From an uncultured Winogradskyella sp. (GTDB lineage: Bacteria > Bacteroidota > Bacteroidia > Flavobacteriales > Flavobacteriaceae), in assembly GCF_963975125.1 (NCBI RefSeq), contig NZ_CAXBGB010000006.1:780-64779 (forward strand): a stretch of DNA of 64,000 bases, read 5' to 3'. How positions within the stretch are numbered: position 1 is the stretch's first letter; every line of letters starts with the position of its first letter. Under the pieces are notes generated by a model. It saw nothing but the letters and a program-made list of their open reading frames with translations. It was not told the origin of the DNA and did no database searches. Below are positions 48,942 to 58,779 of this stretch, one piece after another. A program made the position numbers and the translations under genes.

Positions 48942-49901
48942 TTGAGTAAATCTAAATCCATCCTAAAAGTTGTACTGCCTTTACTCTTAGGAGTTGCTTT
49001 GGTTTGGTATTCTCTTTCTCAAATTTCGATTTCTACTTTAGTTCAGTATTTTAAAGATGCTGATTATGTTTGGATAATTTTAGGTGTAAGTCTAGGTGTT
49101 TTAAGCCATATTTCTAGAGCTTACCGTTGGTTATTTATGGCAGAACCTTTGGGTTATAAACCAAAATTTACAAATAGCTTTATGGCCGTGTATTCGGCAT
49201 ATCTTATAAATTTCACGATTCCCAGAGCTGGTGAAATAGCCAGAGCTTCCATTTTAACGAATTATGAAGGTATTCCTTTTGATAAGGGTTTTGGCACTAT
49301 AGTTGCCGAGAGAATTGCTGATACCATTATGCTGCTTATAATAATAATATTGGCACTCTTTTTAGAATTCGAATTCATTTATAATTTCTTTGCTGATAAA
49401 TTTAATCCTATATCATTGTTTTTAGGTGTGTTTATAATTGTTGCGATAAGTGTTTCACTTTTCTTATTTATTAAGAAAAGCACTTCTAAGTTAGCTGTAA
49501 AAGTTAAGAGCTTTCTTTCTGGTCTAATTGAAGGCGCACTTAGTATTTTTAAAATGAAAAAGAAATGGGCATTTATATTTCATACTGTATTTATTTGGCT
49601 GATGTATGTACTAATGTTTTATGTCACAACTTTTGCTTTACCAGAATTGCAAAACATTTCAATTGCAGCCGTACTTATAGGATTTATATTGGCAAGTTTT
49701 AGTATTGCAGCGACAAATGGTGGCATTGGCTCTTTCCCAGAAGCAATTGTTATTGCTTTTTTATTATTTAATATGCCAGAAGATCCAAGTAGAGCTTTTG
49801 GTTGGATTATGTGGTCCTCACAAACATTAGTAATTATAATATTAGGAGGTTTATCTTTAATTTACCTTCCAATTTATAACAGAAAGAAAACAACGGTATA
49901 A
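48942..49901 (+). CDS. UPF0104 / lysylphosphatidylglycerol-synthase-TM-like (flippase-like) membrane protein
   Basis: 319 aa, about 8 TM segments, with RAYRW and PRAGEIARA motifs. TTG start. Confidence 0.7.
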   Translation: MSKSKSILKVVLPLLLGVALVWYSLSQISISTLVQYFKDADYVWIILGVSLGVLSHISRAYRWLFMAEPLGYKPKFTNSFMAVYSAYLINFTIPRAGEIARASILTNYEGIPFDKGFGTIVAERIADTIMLLIIIILALFLEFEFIYNFFADKFNPISLFLGVFIIVAISVSLFLFIKKSTSKLAVKVKSFLSGLIEGALSIFKMKKKWAFIFHTVFIWLMYVLMFYVTTFALPELQNISIAAVLIGFILASFSIAATNGGIGSFPEAIVIAFLLFNMPEDPSRAFGWIMWSSQTLVIIILGGLSLIYLPIYNRKKTTV

Positions 49902-49944
49902 AAATATTTTTTACCTTGCTTTCACTTTTAAGTCAATCTACACT

Positions 49945-51093
49945 ATGAAGAAGTTTTACATTCTTGTAATAATTTGCCTAGTTGTTTTAAACACTCAAGC
50001 TCAAGCGATTTATAAAACAATTAATTCTTATAAGTTAGAGGGCAAACGCGAATTAAAAATTCAATTACCACGAAATTACGATCCAGAATCAAAGCGTTCA
50101 TATCCTTTGGTCTTGGTTTTAGATGGAGACTATTTATTTGAGCCAGTTGCCGGAAATATAGATTACCAAGCCTATTGGGAAGATATTCCAGATTGTATTG
50201 TTGTTGGAGTTAAACAAGGAAGTACAAGAGAAGATGATTTCTTATATGATAATGATACTTTTTTTCCAGTCCACGAAGGTGCAGATTTTTATGAATTTAT
50301 TGTAGTCGAACTTTTGCCTTACATAGAAGAGAATTATAGCGCTTCTAATTTTAGAATTGTTATAGGGCACGACTTAGCTGCCAATTTTATTAATTATTAT
50401 TTGTTTAAGGACGAACCTCTTTTTAGATCTTATGTAGCTTTGAGTCCAGATTTGGCTCCAGAAATGATTAATAGATTGCAAGAGCGATTATCGATATTAA
50501 AGGAAGAAACATTTTATTACATGGCAACTGCCGATGCAGATGTAAAAGCATTGAGAAATGCTATTTTAAAAAGTGATGCAAAGCTAAAATTAATCGAAAA
50601 TCCCAAGTTGCATTACAAGTTCGATAATTTTGAAGATGCCAATCACTACTCTTTAGTTGGAAGAGGAATTCCAAAAGCACTAAATGAAATATTCGCTTTA
50701 TACAAGCCAATTAACGCTAAAGAGTACAATGAAAAAGTACTTACTTTTGAAGGTTCTCCTTATGATTATTTGATAAAGAAGTATGCAGACATAGAATATT
50801 TTTACGGATTCGAAAAAAAATTAATAGAGAATGATATCAGAGCAATTGCTGCTGCATGTAATAAAAAAGATGATTTAGAGTCATTAGAAAAACTGGCTAA
50901 ACTTGTAAAAAAAGAATTTCCAAATTCAATGTTAAGCGCCTATTATATGGGTCTATTTCATGAAAAAGAAGGTAATTATAAAAAAGCCTTAATGAGATAC
51001 AAAGCGGGCTTATTAATGGAGCCATCTCAGTATATTGACAAAGAAATAATGCTCGAAAAAATGTATGATACTCAAGATGCAATGAAAAATTAA
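49945..51093 (+). CDS. secreted alpha/beta-hydrolase (putative-esterase family) with helical TPR-like C-terminal domain
   Basis: Signal peptide. YPLVLVLDGDYLFEP and FRIVIGHDLAANF (nucleophile-elbow position) motifs. 382 aa. Confidence 0.7.
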   Translation: MKKFYILVIICLVVLNTQAQAIYKTINSYKLEGKRELKIQLPRNYDPESKRSYPLVLVLDGDYLFEPVAGNIDYQAYWEDIPDCIVVGVKQGSTREDDFLYDNDTFFPVHEGADFYEFIVVELLPYIEENYSASNFRIVIGHDLAANFINYYLFKDEPLFRSYVALSPDLAPEMINRLQERLSILKEETFYYMATADADVKALRNAILKSDAKLKLIENPKLHYKFDNFEDANHYSLVGRGIPKALNEIFALYKPINAKEYNEKVLTFEGSPYDYLIKKYADIEYFYGFEKKLIENDIRAIAAACNKKDDLESLEKLAKLVKKEFPNSMLSAYYMGLFHEKEGNYKKALMRYKAGLLMEPSQYIDKEIMLEKMYDTQDAMKN

Positions 51094-51136
51094 TCGCAGT
51101 TCATCGAAAAAAATTCACAATTCAGCGATATTTAAG

Positions 51137-51144
51137 TATGTTTG
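51137..51144 (+). promoter_or_regulatory. candidate -7 box TATGTTTG
   Basis: Exact TAnnTTTG match 28 nt upstream of the ATG at 51172. Confidence 0.4.
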
Positions 51145-51171
51145 GTAGCCCTTAACTAAACCTACTTACTA

Positions 51172-52362
51172 ATGAGAAAGACTATTTTAATAGTTTTGGC
51201 TTGCATATTATGCACTCCATTATTGGCACAAATCAGTTATGACGAAATCAGCTCTTCAAAACTTAATGTTGTTCGTCAGCTTAAGATTAAACTTCCAAAA
51301 AATTACGACCCAACATCAGAATTAAAATATCCTTTAATAATTGTTTTTGATGGTGATTATTTATTCGAACCCGTTACAGGTCTAGTAGATTTTCAAACCT
51401 ATTTTGATGATATGCCAGGATCTATTATCGTTGGCGTTGTACAAGGAAGCGAACGCTATTACGATGGTTATTGTGATGAGGTTACAGGTTTGCCAAAAGA
51501 ATCGGGACTACGTTTTCATGATTTTGTGGCAGATGAGTTAATACCATACTTAGACAGCAAGTATAACACAAGTAAGTTTAGGGTTGCAGTTGGGCACGAT
51601 TTAATGGGCAACTTCATTAATTCGTATTTATTTAAGGAAGATTTACTTTTTCAGGCTTATGTATGTATTAGCCCAGATTTGTCTGGCGCTGTTAAAGATT
51701 ATTTAGGTGAGCGTTTAGAGTTTTTTGAAGATGATATTTTCTATTATATGGCAACTTCAGATAAAGATTTCCCAGGCATTAGAGAAGCTGTTTTAAAAGC
51801 CAACACACAGATTTCAGAAGTAAAAAATCAATACTTAACGTATTATTTTGATGATTTCAAAAATGATACACACTATACTTTAGTAACAAGTGCAATTTCT
51901 AAATCTTTTGATAAGATTTTCGAATTATATAAACCACTTAGAGAAAAAGAACTAGAAGAGAAAGTATTGCCTTATGAAGGCACTTTAGATAAATATTTAG
52001 TGGATCGTTATAATAGAATTGAAGATCTATTCGGAATAAAAAAACAAATCACTGAAGAAGAATTTGAAAAAGTTGTTAAGGTTGCAGAACAACGAAACGA
52101 TTTAGAGTCCTTGGAGAAAATTGGTAAGTTGGCTAAAAAGCTAAATCCAAATTCGCTTTTAGGCACGTATTACTTAGCCCAATATGCCGAAAAGATTGGT
52201 AAAACCAAAAAGGCAAAAAAATTATATGAATCTGCGTTAACATTAAATGATGTTAGCCATATCAACAGAGACTTTATTTTCTCAAAAATAGACGAGCTTT
52301 CTGTAGTTGATACTGATGAGGAAGGCGAAGAAGAGGAGGAGGATAATGATGAAGAAAACTAA
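51172..52362 (+). CDS. paralogous secreted alpha/beta-hydrolase with TPR-like C-terminal domain and acidic tail
   Basis: By eye, about 40% identical to the preceding gene. YPLIIVFDGDYLFEP and FRVAVGHDLMGNF motifs. Ends DTDEEGEEEEEDNDEEN. Confidence 0.7.
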   Translation: MRKTILIVLACILCTPLLAQISYDEISSSKLNVVRQLKIKLPKNYDPTSELKYPLIIVFDGDYLFEPVTGLVDFQTYFDDMPGSIIVGVVQGSERYYDGYCDEVTGLPKESGLRFHDFVADELIPYLDSKYNTSKFRVAVGHDLMGNFINSYLFKEDLLFQAYVCISPDLSGAVKDYLGERLEFFEDDIFYYMATSDKDFPGIREAVLKANTQISEVKNQYLTYYFDDFKNDTHYTLVTSAISKSFDKIFELYKPLREKELEEKVLPYEGTLDKYLVDRYNRIEDLFGIKKQITEEEFEKVVKVAEQRNDLESLEKIGKLAKKLNPNSLLGTYYLAQYAEKIGKTKKAKKLYESALTLNDVSHINRDFIFSKIDELSVVDTDEEGEEEEEDNDEEN

Positions 52363-52552
52363 AATAAGCTCATTATCAACGGACTACTTTTTTGAAGCCA
52401 TGTATACAAAAACAAAGACATTTTTGTTTTCTAATGTACCATCAAAAATGGCTGCGCTAAAAGTTTTAGCTATTGTGAGTTGGTTTAAAGACATCAACTA
52501 AAATTATCTTAATTTAGCTTTTCTAAATTATATATTTCCGTTTTCACGGAAA

Positions 52553-53917
52553 ATGAATATGGCTAAAATTAAAACTACTTTTTTTTGTCAAAACTGTGGC
52601 AGCCAATATGCCAAATGGCAAGGTCAGTGCACATCTTGTAAAGAATGGAATACTATTACTGAAGAAGTTATTCAAAAACCAGAAAAGAGTGATTGGAAGA
52701 CGCCTTCTTCATCTACAAAACGAGTTTCAAAACCTTTAAAAGTTAATGAGATAGACACGTCTCAAGAAGCCAGGTTAAATATGCAAGATGCAGAATTTAA
52801 TCGTGTACTTGGAGGTGGTATGGTTTATGGCTCACTAACACTTTTAGGTGGAGAGCCAGGAATAGGAAAAAGCACGCTTTTACTTCAAATAGCATTAAAA
52901 TTAGAATATAAAACACTTTATATCTCTGGTGAAGAAAGCCAGAAGCAGATAAAAATGCGTGCAGAACGCATTAACCCGAGTAGTAATAACTGTTACATTC
53001 TTACAGAAACAAAAACACAAAACATCTTTAAACAAATTGAAGCTTTAAAGCCAGATATTGTTATAATAGATTCTATACAAACCCTACATAGCGATTATAT
53101 AGAGTCCTCTGCTGGTAGTATTTCTCAGGTTAAAGAATGTACAACTGAACTCATCAAATTTGCAAAAGAAACAGCGACTCCCGTTTTATTGATTGGTCAT
53201 ATTACTAAAGATGGTAATATTGCTGGACCAAAAATATTAGAGCACATGGTCGATACAGTTTTGCAATTTGAAGGAGATCGAAACCATGTGTTTAGAATTT
53301 TAAGGGCAAATAAAAATCGATTTGGTTCTACTAACGAACTTGGTATATACGAAATGAAAGGTTCTGGTTTACGTGAAGTATCTAACCCTTCTGAAATATT
53401 AATTTCTAAGAAAGATGGTGAGCTTTCTGGTAACGCGATTGCAGCTACCTTAGAAGGCTTAAGACCATTAATGATAGAAGTGCAAGCTTTAGTTAGCACA
53501 GCAGTTTATGGTACTCCACAACGCTCAGCAACTGGTTTTAATGCCAAACGTTTAAATATGCTTTTAGCAGTTTTAGAAAAACGAGCTGGTTTCCGTTTGG
53601 GAGCAAAAGACGTGTTTCTAAACATTACTGGAGGCATTACGGTAGATGATCCTGCGATTGATTTAGCGGTTGTCGCGGCTATATTATCATCTAATGAAGA
53701 TGTGGCTTTACAAAGTGATTATTGTTTTGCTGCGGAGGTTGGTCTGTCTGGTGAAATTAGACCAGTACAGCGGGTCGAGCAACGTATTCTAGAAGCTCAA
53801 AAATTGGGGTTTTCAACCATTTTTGTTTCAAAATACAATAAAATTGCATTAAAAAACACACAAATAAAAGTTCAGCTGATTTCTAAAATAGAGGATTTGG
53901 TTACTTTTTTCGTTTAA
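52553..53917 (+). CDS. radA: DNA repair protein RadA
   Basis: CQNCG..C..C zinc finger, Walker A GEPGIGKST, KNRFG motif and a Lon-like C-terminal domain. Confidence 0.93.
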   Translation: MNMAKIKTTFFCQNCGSQYAKWQGQCTSCKEWNTITEEVIQKPEKSDWKTPSSSTKRVSKPLKVNEIDTSQEARLNMQDAEFNRVLGGGMVYGSLTLLGGEPGIGKSTLLLQIALKLEYKTLYISGEESQKQIKMRAERINPSSNNCYILTETKTQNIFKQIEALKPDIVIIDSIQTLHSDYIESSAGSISQVKECTTELIKFAKETATPVLLIGHITKDGNIAGPKILEHMVDTVLQFEGDRNHVFRILRANKNRFGSTNELGIYEMKGSGLREVSNPSEILISKKDGELSGNAIAATLEGLRPLMIEVQALVSTAVYGTPQRSATGFNAKRLNMLLAVLEKRAGFRLGAKDVFLNITGGITVDDPAIDLAVVAAILSSNEDVALQSDYCFAAEVGLSGEIRPVQRVEQRILEAQKLGFSTIFVSKYNKIALKNTQIKVQLISKIEDLVTFFV

Positions 53918-54023
53918 GTTTTGTAGCTAAAAATAACTTTGATAGAGTAAAAACCCTATCTAGGTTGAAGGTTTTACAGTTTTTTTGGTTTTAACGTGTT
54001 TAAAATGAGAAGTGATTAACTAA

Positions 54024-54031
54024 TATATTTG
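54024..54031 (+). promoter_or_regulatory. candidate -7 box TATATTTG far upstream of the adhesin gene
   Basis: Exact TAnnTTTG match 235 nt upstream of the ATG at 54266. It is the only exact match I see in this spacer. Confidence 0.3.
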
Positions 54032-54265
54032 ACTATTTTAGGCTTTAAAGACACCCATTAATCGGGTTTTTTATACGCTTTATCGAAAAATAATAAACGA
54101 TTTGCTTGGAAACTTTATTATAAATCACTAACATTGTGGTCTATACGGTAAAATCTTGTTTTAAGTTTTGTCGTATATATAAAACTTTCCCTTAAAATAC
54201 ATTCCATTGAATTAAAGATTTTATTGTAGTACATAATTATAATTAGTCCCAAACTATTATAGCTT

Positions 54266-57200
54266 ATGTCTAAAAAACTACTATTCGTCTTAGCCTTAAT
54301 TTTATCCTTAACTATAAAGGCACAAACAAACGCTTCAAGTATTCAAACTGGTGTTACTTTTCAATGGAGTACTAGCCAAACGAATCAAAATCAACCCGCA
54401 AACATTAAGAGTGTTACCGTAAACAATAATGTTTACTTTAATTTTGGTGTTCCAACGGGATATGAATTAACACAATTAGGGCCAACAGGACATGGAATTA
54501 ATAGGATAAGACTTAACGGAGGAAGCACAGAAACTACAAGTGCTGTTGCTACCTGGAATAGTTCGGCACTAGATGCATTTCAATCACTTAACCTCAATCA
54601 TTATTTTGAGGCTAATGGTAACGGAGCCAATATATGCAACGATTTTACAGCTGAGCAAACTACTAATGCGCAGCGACAGACTTTGAGTTATGCAGGTGGT
54701 ATTATAGCCAGCTCAAGCGGTATTATTGCTATCACAGAACGTAACGCCAATAATTGCTACCATATTGAATTTTTTGGAATTCCTGTTGGTGGAGGGCTAG
54801 AGCAATCCTTAGGAGAGACGTTTGTAAACCAAACCACTACACAATATGGCTTTGGTGGTACCGGAACTTCATCTAATCTAGGAACGCCTGGAGCAATAAA
54901 CCCACCTAATGTTGGAACAGACTATTGGTTGAGTGACCGTGTAATAGAAAATAAAGGAACTATAGGTATAGCTTTATTTTTTCTCAATGATATTGCACCA
55001 ACCGGTTCTGTAATAACTAAAGCAAGGCTTACTGCTGGGTCTAGTGACCATGGAGATGGGAAACTATTTATTTTAACATTGCCAGACCAGGACAAAGATG
55101 GACTTAGTGATGTAGATGATTTAGATGATGAAAATGATGGTGTAACAGATAAACTAGAGTCTAACGGAATTGATCCTTCTGCAGATCATGATATCGATGG
55201 AACTCCAAACTATTTAGATCCAGATTTTTGCACTTTAAATGCTTTGGGTGTTTGCGCTAATTTAGATTTCGATTCTGATGGTATTCCAAATCATTTTGAT
55301 GTAGATAGCGATAATGATGGTATAACAGATGTTATAGAGTCTGGCGGACAAGATATAGATAAAGATGGTGATGCAGATGGTCTTATTGGCAAAACAGCAA
55401 CAACTTTAGGCATTCCAAATACTGCTGGTACAGGAACAATCCCAACAAATACAGATAATTCAGGTAGTTATAATCATCTAGATTTAGATTCAGATAATGA
55501 TGGTATTCCAGATAATATTGAAGCACAACCAACAATAGGTTATGCAGCTCCTAGCGGTATGGGTTCAACTATTACAGATGCGAATAAAGATGGTGTTGAT
55601 GATACTTATGGCACAGCTATTACCCTTGTAGATACAGACAATGATGGTATTTATGATTATGTTGATTTAGATTCAGATAACGATGGCACACCAGACATTG
55701 AAGAAAATGGAATGGCTAATTCAGTCTCTGGGAATGATACAGATTCAGATGGATTAGATACCAATTTTGAAGGCAGTAATGTTAGTGATTCTACAGATGT
55801 AAATGACGAAATTAATAATCCTACTACTTCAATTTTGCCAGATACTGAAGGTGATTTATTCTCTGGAGGTGATTTAGATTATCGCGATTTATTCAATGTT
55901 AATCCACCACCTTCAGCAACTTTAGATTTTGATGGAATAGATGATTATTTGAGTGGTAATAGCATTATAAATGGACGAGGTCAAATAACAATTATGGCTT
56001 GGGTAAAAATTGATGCTAATAATCAGGTAATATCTAATACTACTATTGCTGGAGAAGGCATTTCTTGTAGGCTCTATGTTCAAAATGGTAATGAGTTAAT
56101 GTTCGGAATTCGCACAACTTCAGGCTCTACAAATGTTGTCAATGGTATCAACATAAACTATAACGAATGGCATCATGTTGCAGGAACCTTTACTAATACA
56201 ACAGGCGAGCTTAGAATGTATGTTGATGGTAAATTACAAAGTATGGCTACTTTACCCACATTAATAGGTGAAACTTTTCTAGGAACAAGCGAGTGGAATG
56301 GTGATTTTGAAGTTGGTCGTTTATCGAGAAATGTAGGTAACAAGGAATACTTCACTGGTGATATTGATGAAATAAGAGTTTTTAATTCTGCAATAACTGA
56401 CGAGCAAGTTCAGCAATTGGTTTATCAAGAAATTGAAAATAATAGTGGTTTCGTTAAAGGGAAAATTATACCTAAGCAAATTAAGGACACTAAAACCCTT
56501 CAAAAAGTATCATGGGCAAATCTATTAGCTTACTACCCTATGACAGATATAAAAAATAGTACAACATCAGATTATTCAGAGAATAATAATACTCTGAAGT
56601 TAATGAACATAAGTACTGTCCAAGAGCAAACGGCACCAATGCCATATCAAACTAATGCAAATGGAGATTGGAGCAGTCAAGGAACATGGTTGCATGGTGA
56701 TGTATGGGATATTGAAGATGCAATAAGTAATAAAGATTGGAGTATTGTTAATATTAAGAACAATGTTACCTCTTATAATTCTCACACTAATTTAGGATTG
56801 TTTATAAATACCAATAAAAAACTTACCATTATGGGTGATAATAAAGTAGAAAACACCTGGTATTTAGAACTTAATGGAGCTTTAGACCTCAAAGACGATT
56901 CTCAATTAATTCAAGGAATTAATAGTGATTTAGTGACTTCGACAACAGGAAAAATTTTAAGACGTCAAGAAGGAACAAGTAGCGTGTATTGGTACAACTA
57001 TTGGGCTTCTCCTGTAGGAAGTATAGGAGCAACAACACTTTTAGATACTAATACAAGTAGTAATAATACAAATAACTCCAACTTTAATCTAGGCATGCTT
57101 AAAGAACCTAGCGGTAGTAATTTTCAGTTTACAAGTTCATATCATGAAATAGGGAAAATAAGCACCTATTGGCTTTATACATATATAAATGGTATAACGT

Positions 57201-58519
57201 ATTACGATTATGCAATTCTTAATCCAAATACAGCATTACAACCAGGAGTAGGTTATACCCAAAAAGGAACTGGAGCGTCTGGGACAGAACAGCAGTATCT
57301 GTTTGAAGGCAAACCAAATAATGGAACAATTTTAATTAATGTTATAGATACTGGAGGCAATGGGTCAATTCCTGCAGTATCAAAAACGGATTATTTATTA
57401 GGAAACCCTTATGCTTCAGCGATTGATTTACATAAGTTTATTGATGATAATTCAGGTGTTATCGATGGTGTAATTCACCTCTGGCAACAATGGAGTGGTT
57501 TATCTCATGTGCTAGACGAGTATAATGGAGGTTATGCCCAAGTCAATAAAACAGGCTCAATAAGAGCTTATCAGTTTGTTGGTATTGAAGGAGCCACTAA
57601 TGGTAATCAAGATGGTACTAAAAAACCTTCAAAATATCTACCAGTAGGGCAAGGGTTTATGACAGAAATTGTTGCAAACGGAACTATTGTTTTCAAAAAT
57701 AGTCAACGTGTATTTATTAAAGAAACAGATGCAGATGGTAATTATAATAATGGCTCGGTTTTTTTTAGAAACGCTACGAGTTCTCAAAACCAGGAAACGA
57801 CAGAAGATTCAACCTCAGAAGAAGGCTTAATGCAAAAAATGCGTATAGAATTTACTTCAGTAGATGGCCCATCTACTAGACGAGAGTTATTACTAGGCTT
57901 TAGCGAAGACACCTCAGACGATTATGACTATGGCTATGATGCTAAAAATGTAGAGGAATATAACGATGACTTAAATCTAGTTTTTGATGATGAACTAATG
58001 ACCATTCAGGCTTATAGTGAAATTGCAGAAGATAAAGTCGTTCCTTTAACACTAAAGACTTCTGGAAGCTATAACTATACCATAGCACTTACAGAAATAG
58101 AAAATATTTCTGAAGACCAAGAAATTTATTTAAAAGATAACTTAGCAGATAGTTATTATAACCTAAGAAGCGAACAGCCTTATGAGTTTTCATCAGAAGC
58201 AGGTGAGTTTGCTAACAGATTTGAGATTGTTTTTCAAGAACAATCAGAGTCACTATCTCTAATCGATCAAGCTATAGATGATTTAAATATCTACTATGCT
58301 TTTAAAAGAAATAAAATAGTGGTTTTAAACCCAAATAATAAGAAGATAAAGAGTATAGAAGTGTATAATGTTTTAGGGCAATCGGTTTACAGAAATAATG
58401 CGATTTACCAAAGCACTTATAACGAATTCGAAGTGCATAATTTAAGTACAGGAACATACATCATTAAATTGATGACAGATGATAATGCTATGATTTCGAA
58501 GAAAATTATAGTGAAATAA
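54266..58519 (+). CDS. giant T9SS-sorted surface protein: N-domain, thrombospondin type-3-like Ca-binding repeats, LamG domain, conserved module, sorting domain
   Basis: 1417 aa. Signal peptide. DxDxDGxxDxxD repeats at about 55081..55890 (for example DLDSDNDGIPDNIE and DFDSDGIPNHFDVDSDNDGITD). LamG-like FDGIDDYLSG...MAWVK...WHHVAGTF...MYVDGKL...GDIDEIRVFN at about 55920..56430. C-terminal VYNVLGQSVY...GTYIIKLMTDDNAMISKKIIVK. Confidence 0.85.
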   Translation: MSKKLLFVLALILSLTIKAQTNASSIQTGVTFQWSTSQTNQNQPANIKSVTVNNNVYFNFGVPTGYELTQLGPTGHGINRIRLNGGSTETTSAVATWNSSALDAFQSLNLNHYFEANGNGANICNDFTAEQTTNAQRQTLSYAGGIIASSSGIIAITERNANNCYHIEFFGIPVGGGLEQSLGETFVNQTTTQYGFGGTGTSSNLGTPGAINPPNVGTDYWLSDRVIENKGTIGIALFFLNDIAPTGSVITKARLTAGSSDHGDGKLFILTLPDQDKDGLSDVDDLDDENDGVTDKLESNGIDPSADHDIDGTPNYLDPDFCTLNALGVCANLDFDSDGIPNHFDVDSDNDGITDVIESGGQDIDKDGDADGLIGKTATTLGIPNTAGTGTIPTNTDNSGSYNHLDLDSDNDGIPDNIEAQPTIGYAAPSGMGSTITDANKDGVDDTYGTAITLVDTDNDGIYDYVDLDSDNDGTPDIEENGMANSVSGNDTDSDGLDTNFEGSNVSDSTDVNDEINNPTTSILPDTEGDLFSGGDLDYRDLFNVNPPPSATLDFDGIDDYLSGNSIINGRGQITIMAWVKIDANNQVISNTTIAGEGISCRLYVQNGNELMFGIRTTSGSTNVVNGININYNEWHHVAGTFTNTTGELRMYVDGKLQSMATLPTLIGETFLGTSEWNGDFEVGRLSRNVGNKEYFTGDIDEIRVFNSAITDEQVQQLVYQEIENNSGFVKGKIIPKQIKDTKTLQKVSWANLLAYYPMTDIKNSTTSDYSENNNTLKLMNISTVQEQTAPMPYQTNANGDWSSQGTWLHGDVWDIEDAISNKDWSIVNIKNNVTSYNSHTNLGLFINTNKKLTIMGDNKVENTWYLELNGALDLKDDSQLIQGINSDLVTSTTGKILRRQEGTSSVYWYNYWASPVGSIGATTLLDTNTSSNNTNNSNFNLGMLKEPSGSNFQFTSSYHEIGKISTYWLYTYINGITYYDYAILNPNTALQPGVGYTQKGTGASGTEQQYLFEGKPNNGTILINVIDTGGNGSIPAVSKTDYLLGNPYASAIDLHKFIDDNSGVIDGVIHLWQQWSGLSHVLDEYNGGYAQVNKTGSIRAYQFVGIEGATNGNQDGTKKPSKYLPVGQGFMTEIVANGTIVFKNSQRVFIKETDADGNYNNGSVFFRNATSSQNQETTEDSTSEEGLMQKMRIEFTSVDGPSTRRELLLGFSEDTSDDYDYGYDAKNVEEYNDDLNLVFDDELMTIQAYSEIAEDKVVPLTLKTSGSYNYTIALTEIENISEDQEIYLKDNLADSYYNLRSEQPYEFSSEAGEFANRFEIVFQEQSESLSLIDQAIDDLNIYYAFKRNKIVVLNPNNKKIKSIEVYNVLGQSVYRNNAIYQSTYNEFEVHNLSTGTYIIKLMTDDNAMISKKIIVK

Positions 58520-58537
58520 AAACGGAGTTAATTAGAA

Positions 58538-58577
58538 AGGTTGCTCAGTAGATATACTGAGTAGCCTTATGTTTTTC
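58538..58577 (+). terminator. probable terminator after the adhesin gene
   Basis: CTCAGTA-GATA-TACTGAG stem with an imperfect extension. A T5 run lies 10 nt downstream. Confidence 0.45.
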
Positions 58578-58683
58578 AGAGGACAACTTTAGAAAATTTT
58601 AAGAAACTAAAAAATTAAGTTTCTTAACCATTTTAATGTCTAAACACGGTAATTAAAGTTCAGAAGACTTCTTATCTCCCACA

Positions 58684-58714
58684 GATTGAAGATTTGATTG
58701 AATTTGTGATTGAA
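58684..58714. repeat. three GATTGAA direct repeats with exact 12-nt phasing
   Basis: GATTGAA at 58684, 58696 and 58708 (GATTGAAGATTT GATTGAATTTGT GATTGAA), in the convergent spacer. Confidence 0.6.
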
Positions 58715-58752
58715 ACAAAAAACTCATGACCTTTTTTAACTGTCAAGAGTTT
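58712..58752 (-). terminator. probable terminator of the Vap-like gene
   Basis: AAACTCATGAC / GTCAAGAGTTT stem (10 of 11 bp). The minus strand continues TTTTTGTTTC. Confidence 0.55.
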
Positions 58753-58779
58753 ATAATTAAACTAACTTATAGAAGTTAA

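Noticed and set aside
52307-52501. 64-aa ORF overlapping the acidic tail of the second hydrolase.
   Set aside because: It is the Lys/Arg-rich alternate frame of a GAA/GAG run and has no independent signals.
52535-52552. Hairpin TTTCCG-TTTTCA-CGGAAA abutting the radA ATG, with a near-consensus TATATTTC box.
   Set aside because: It is a 6-bp AT/GC-mixed stem that could arise by chance, and the box is not an exact TAnnTTTG match. It is noted only as weak.
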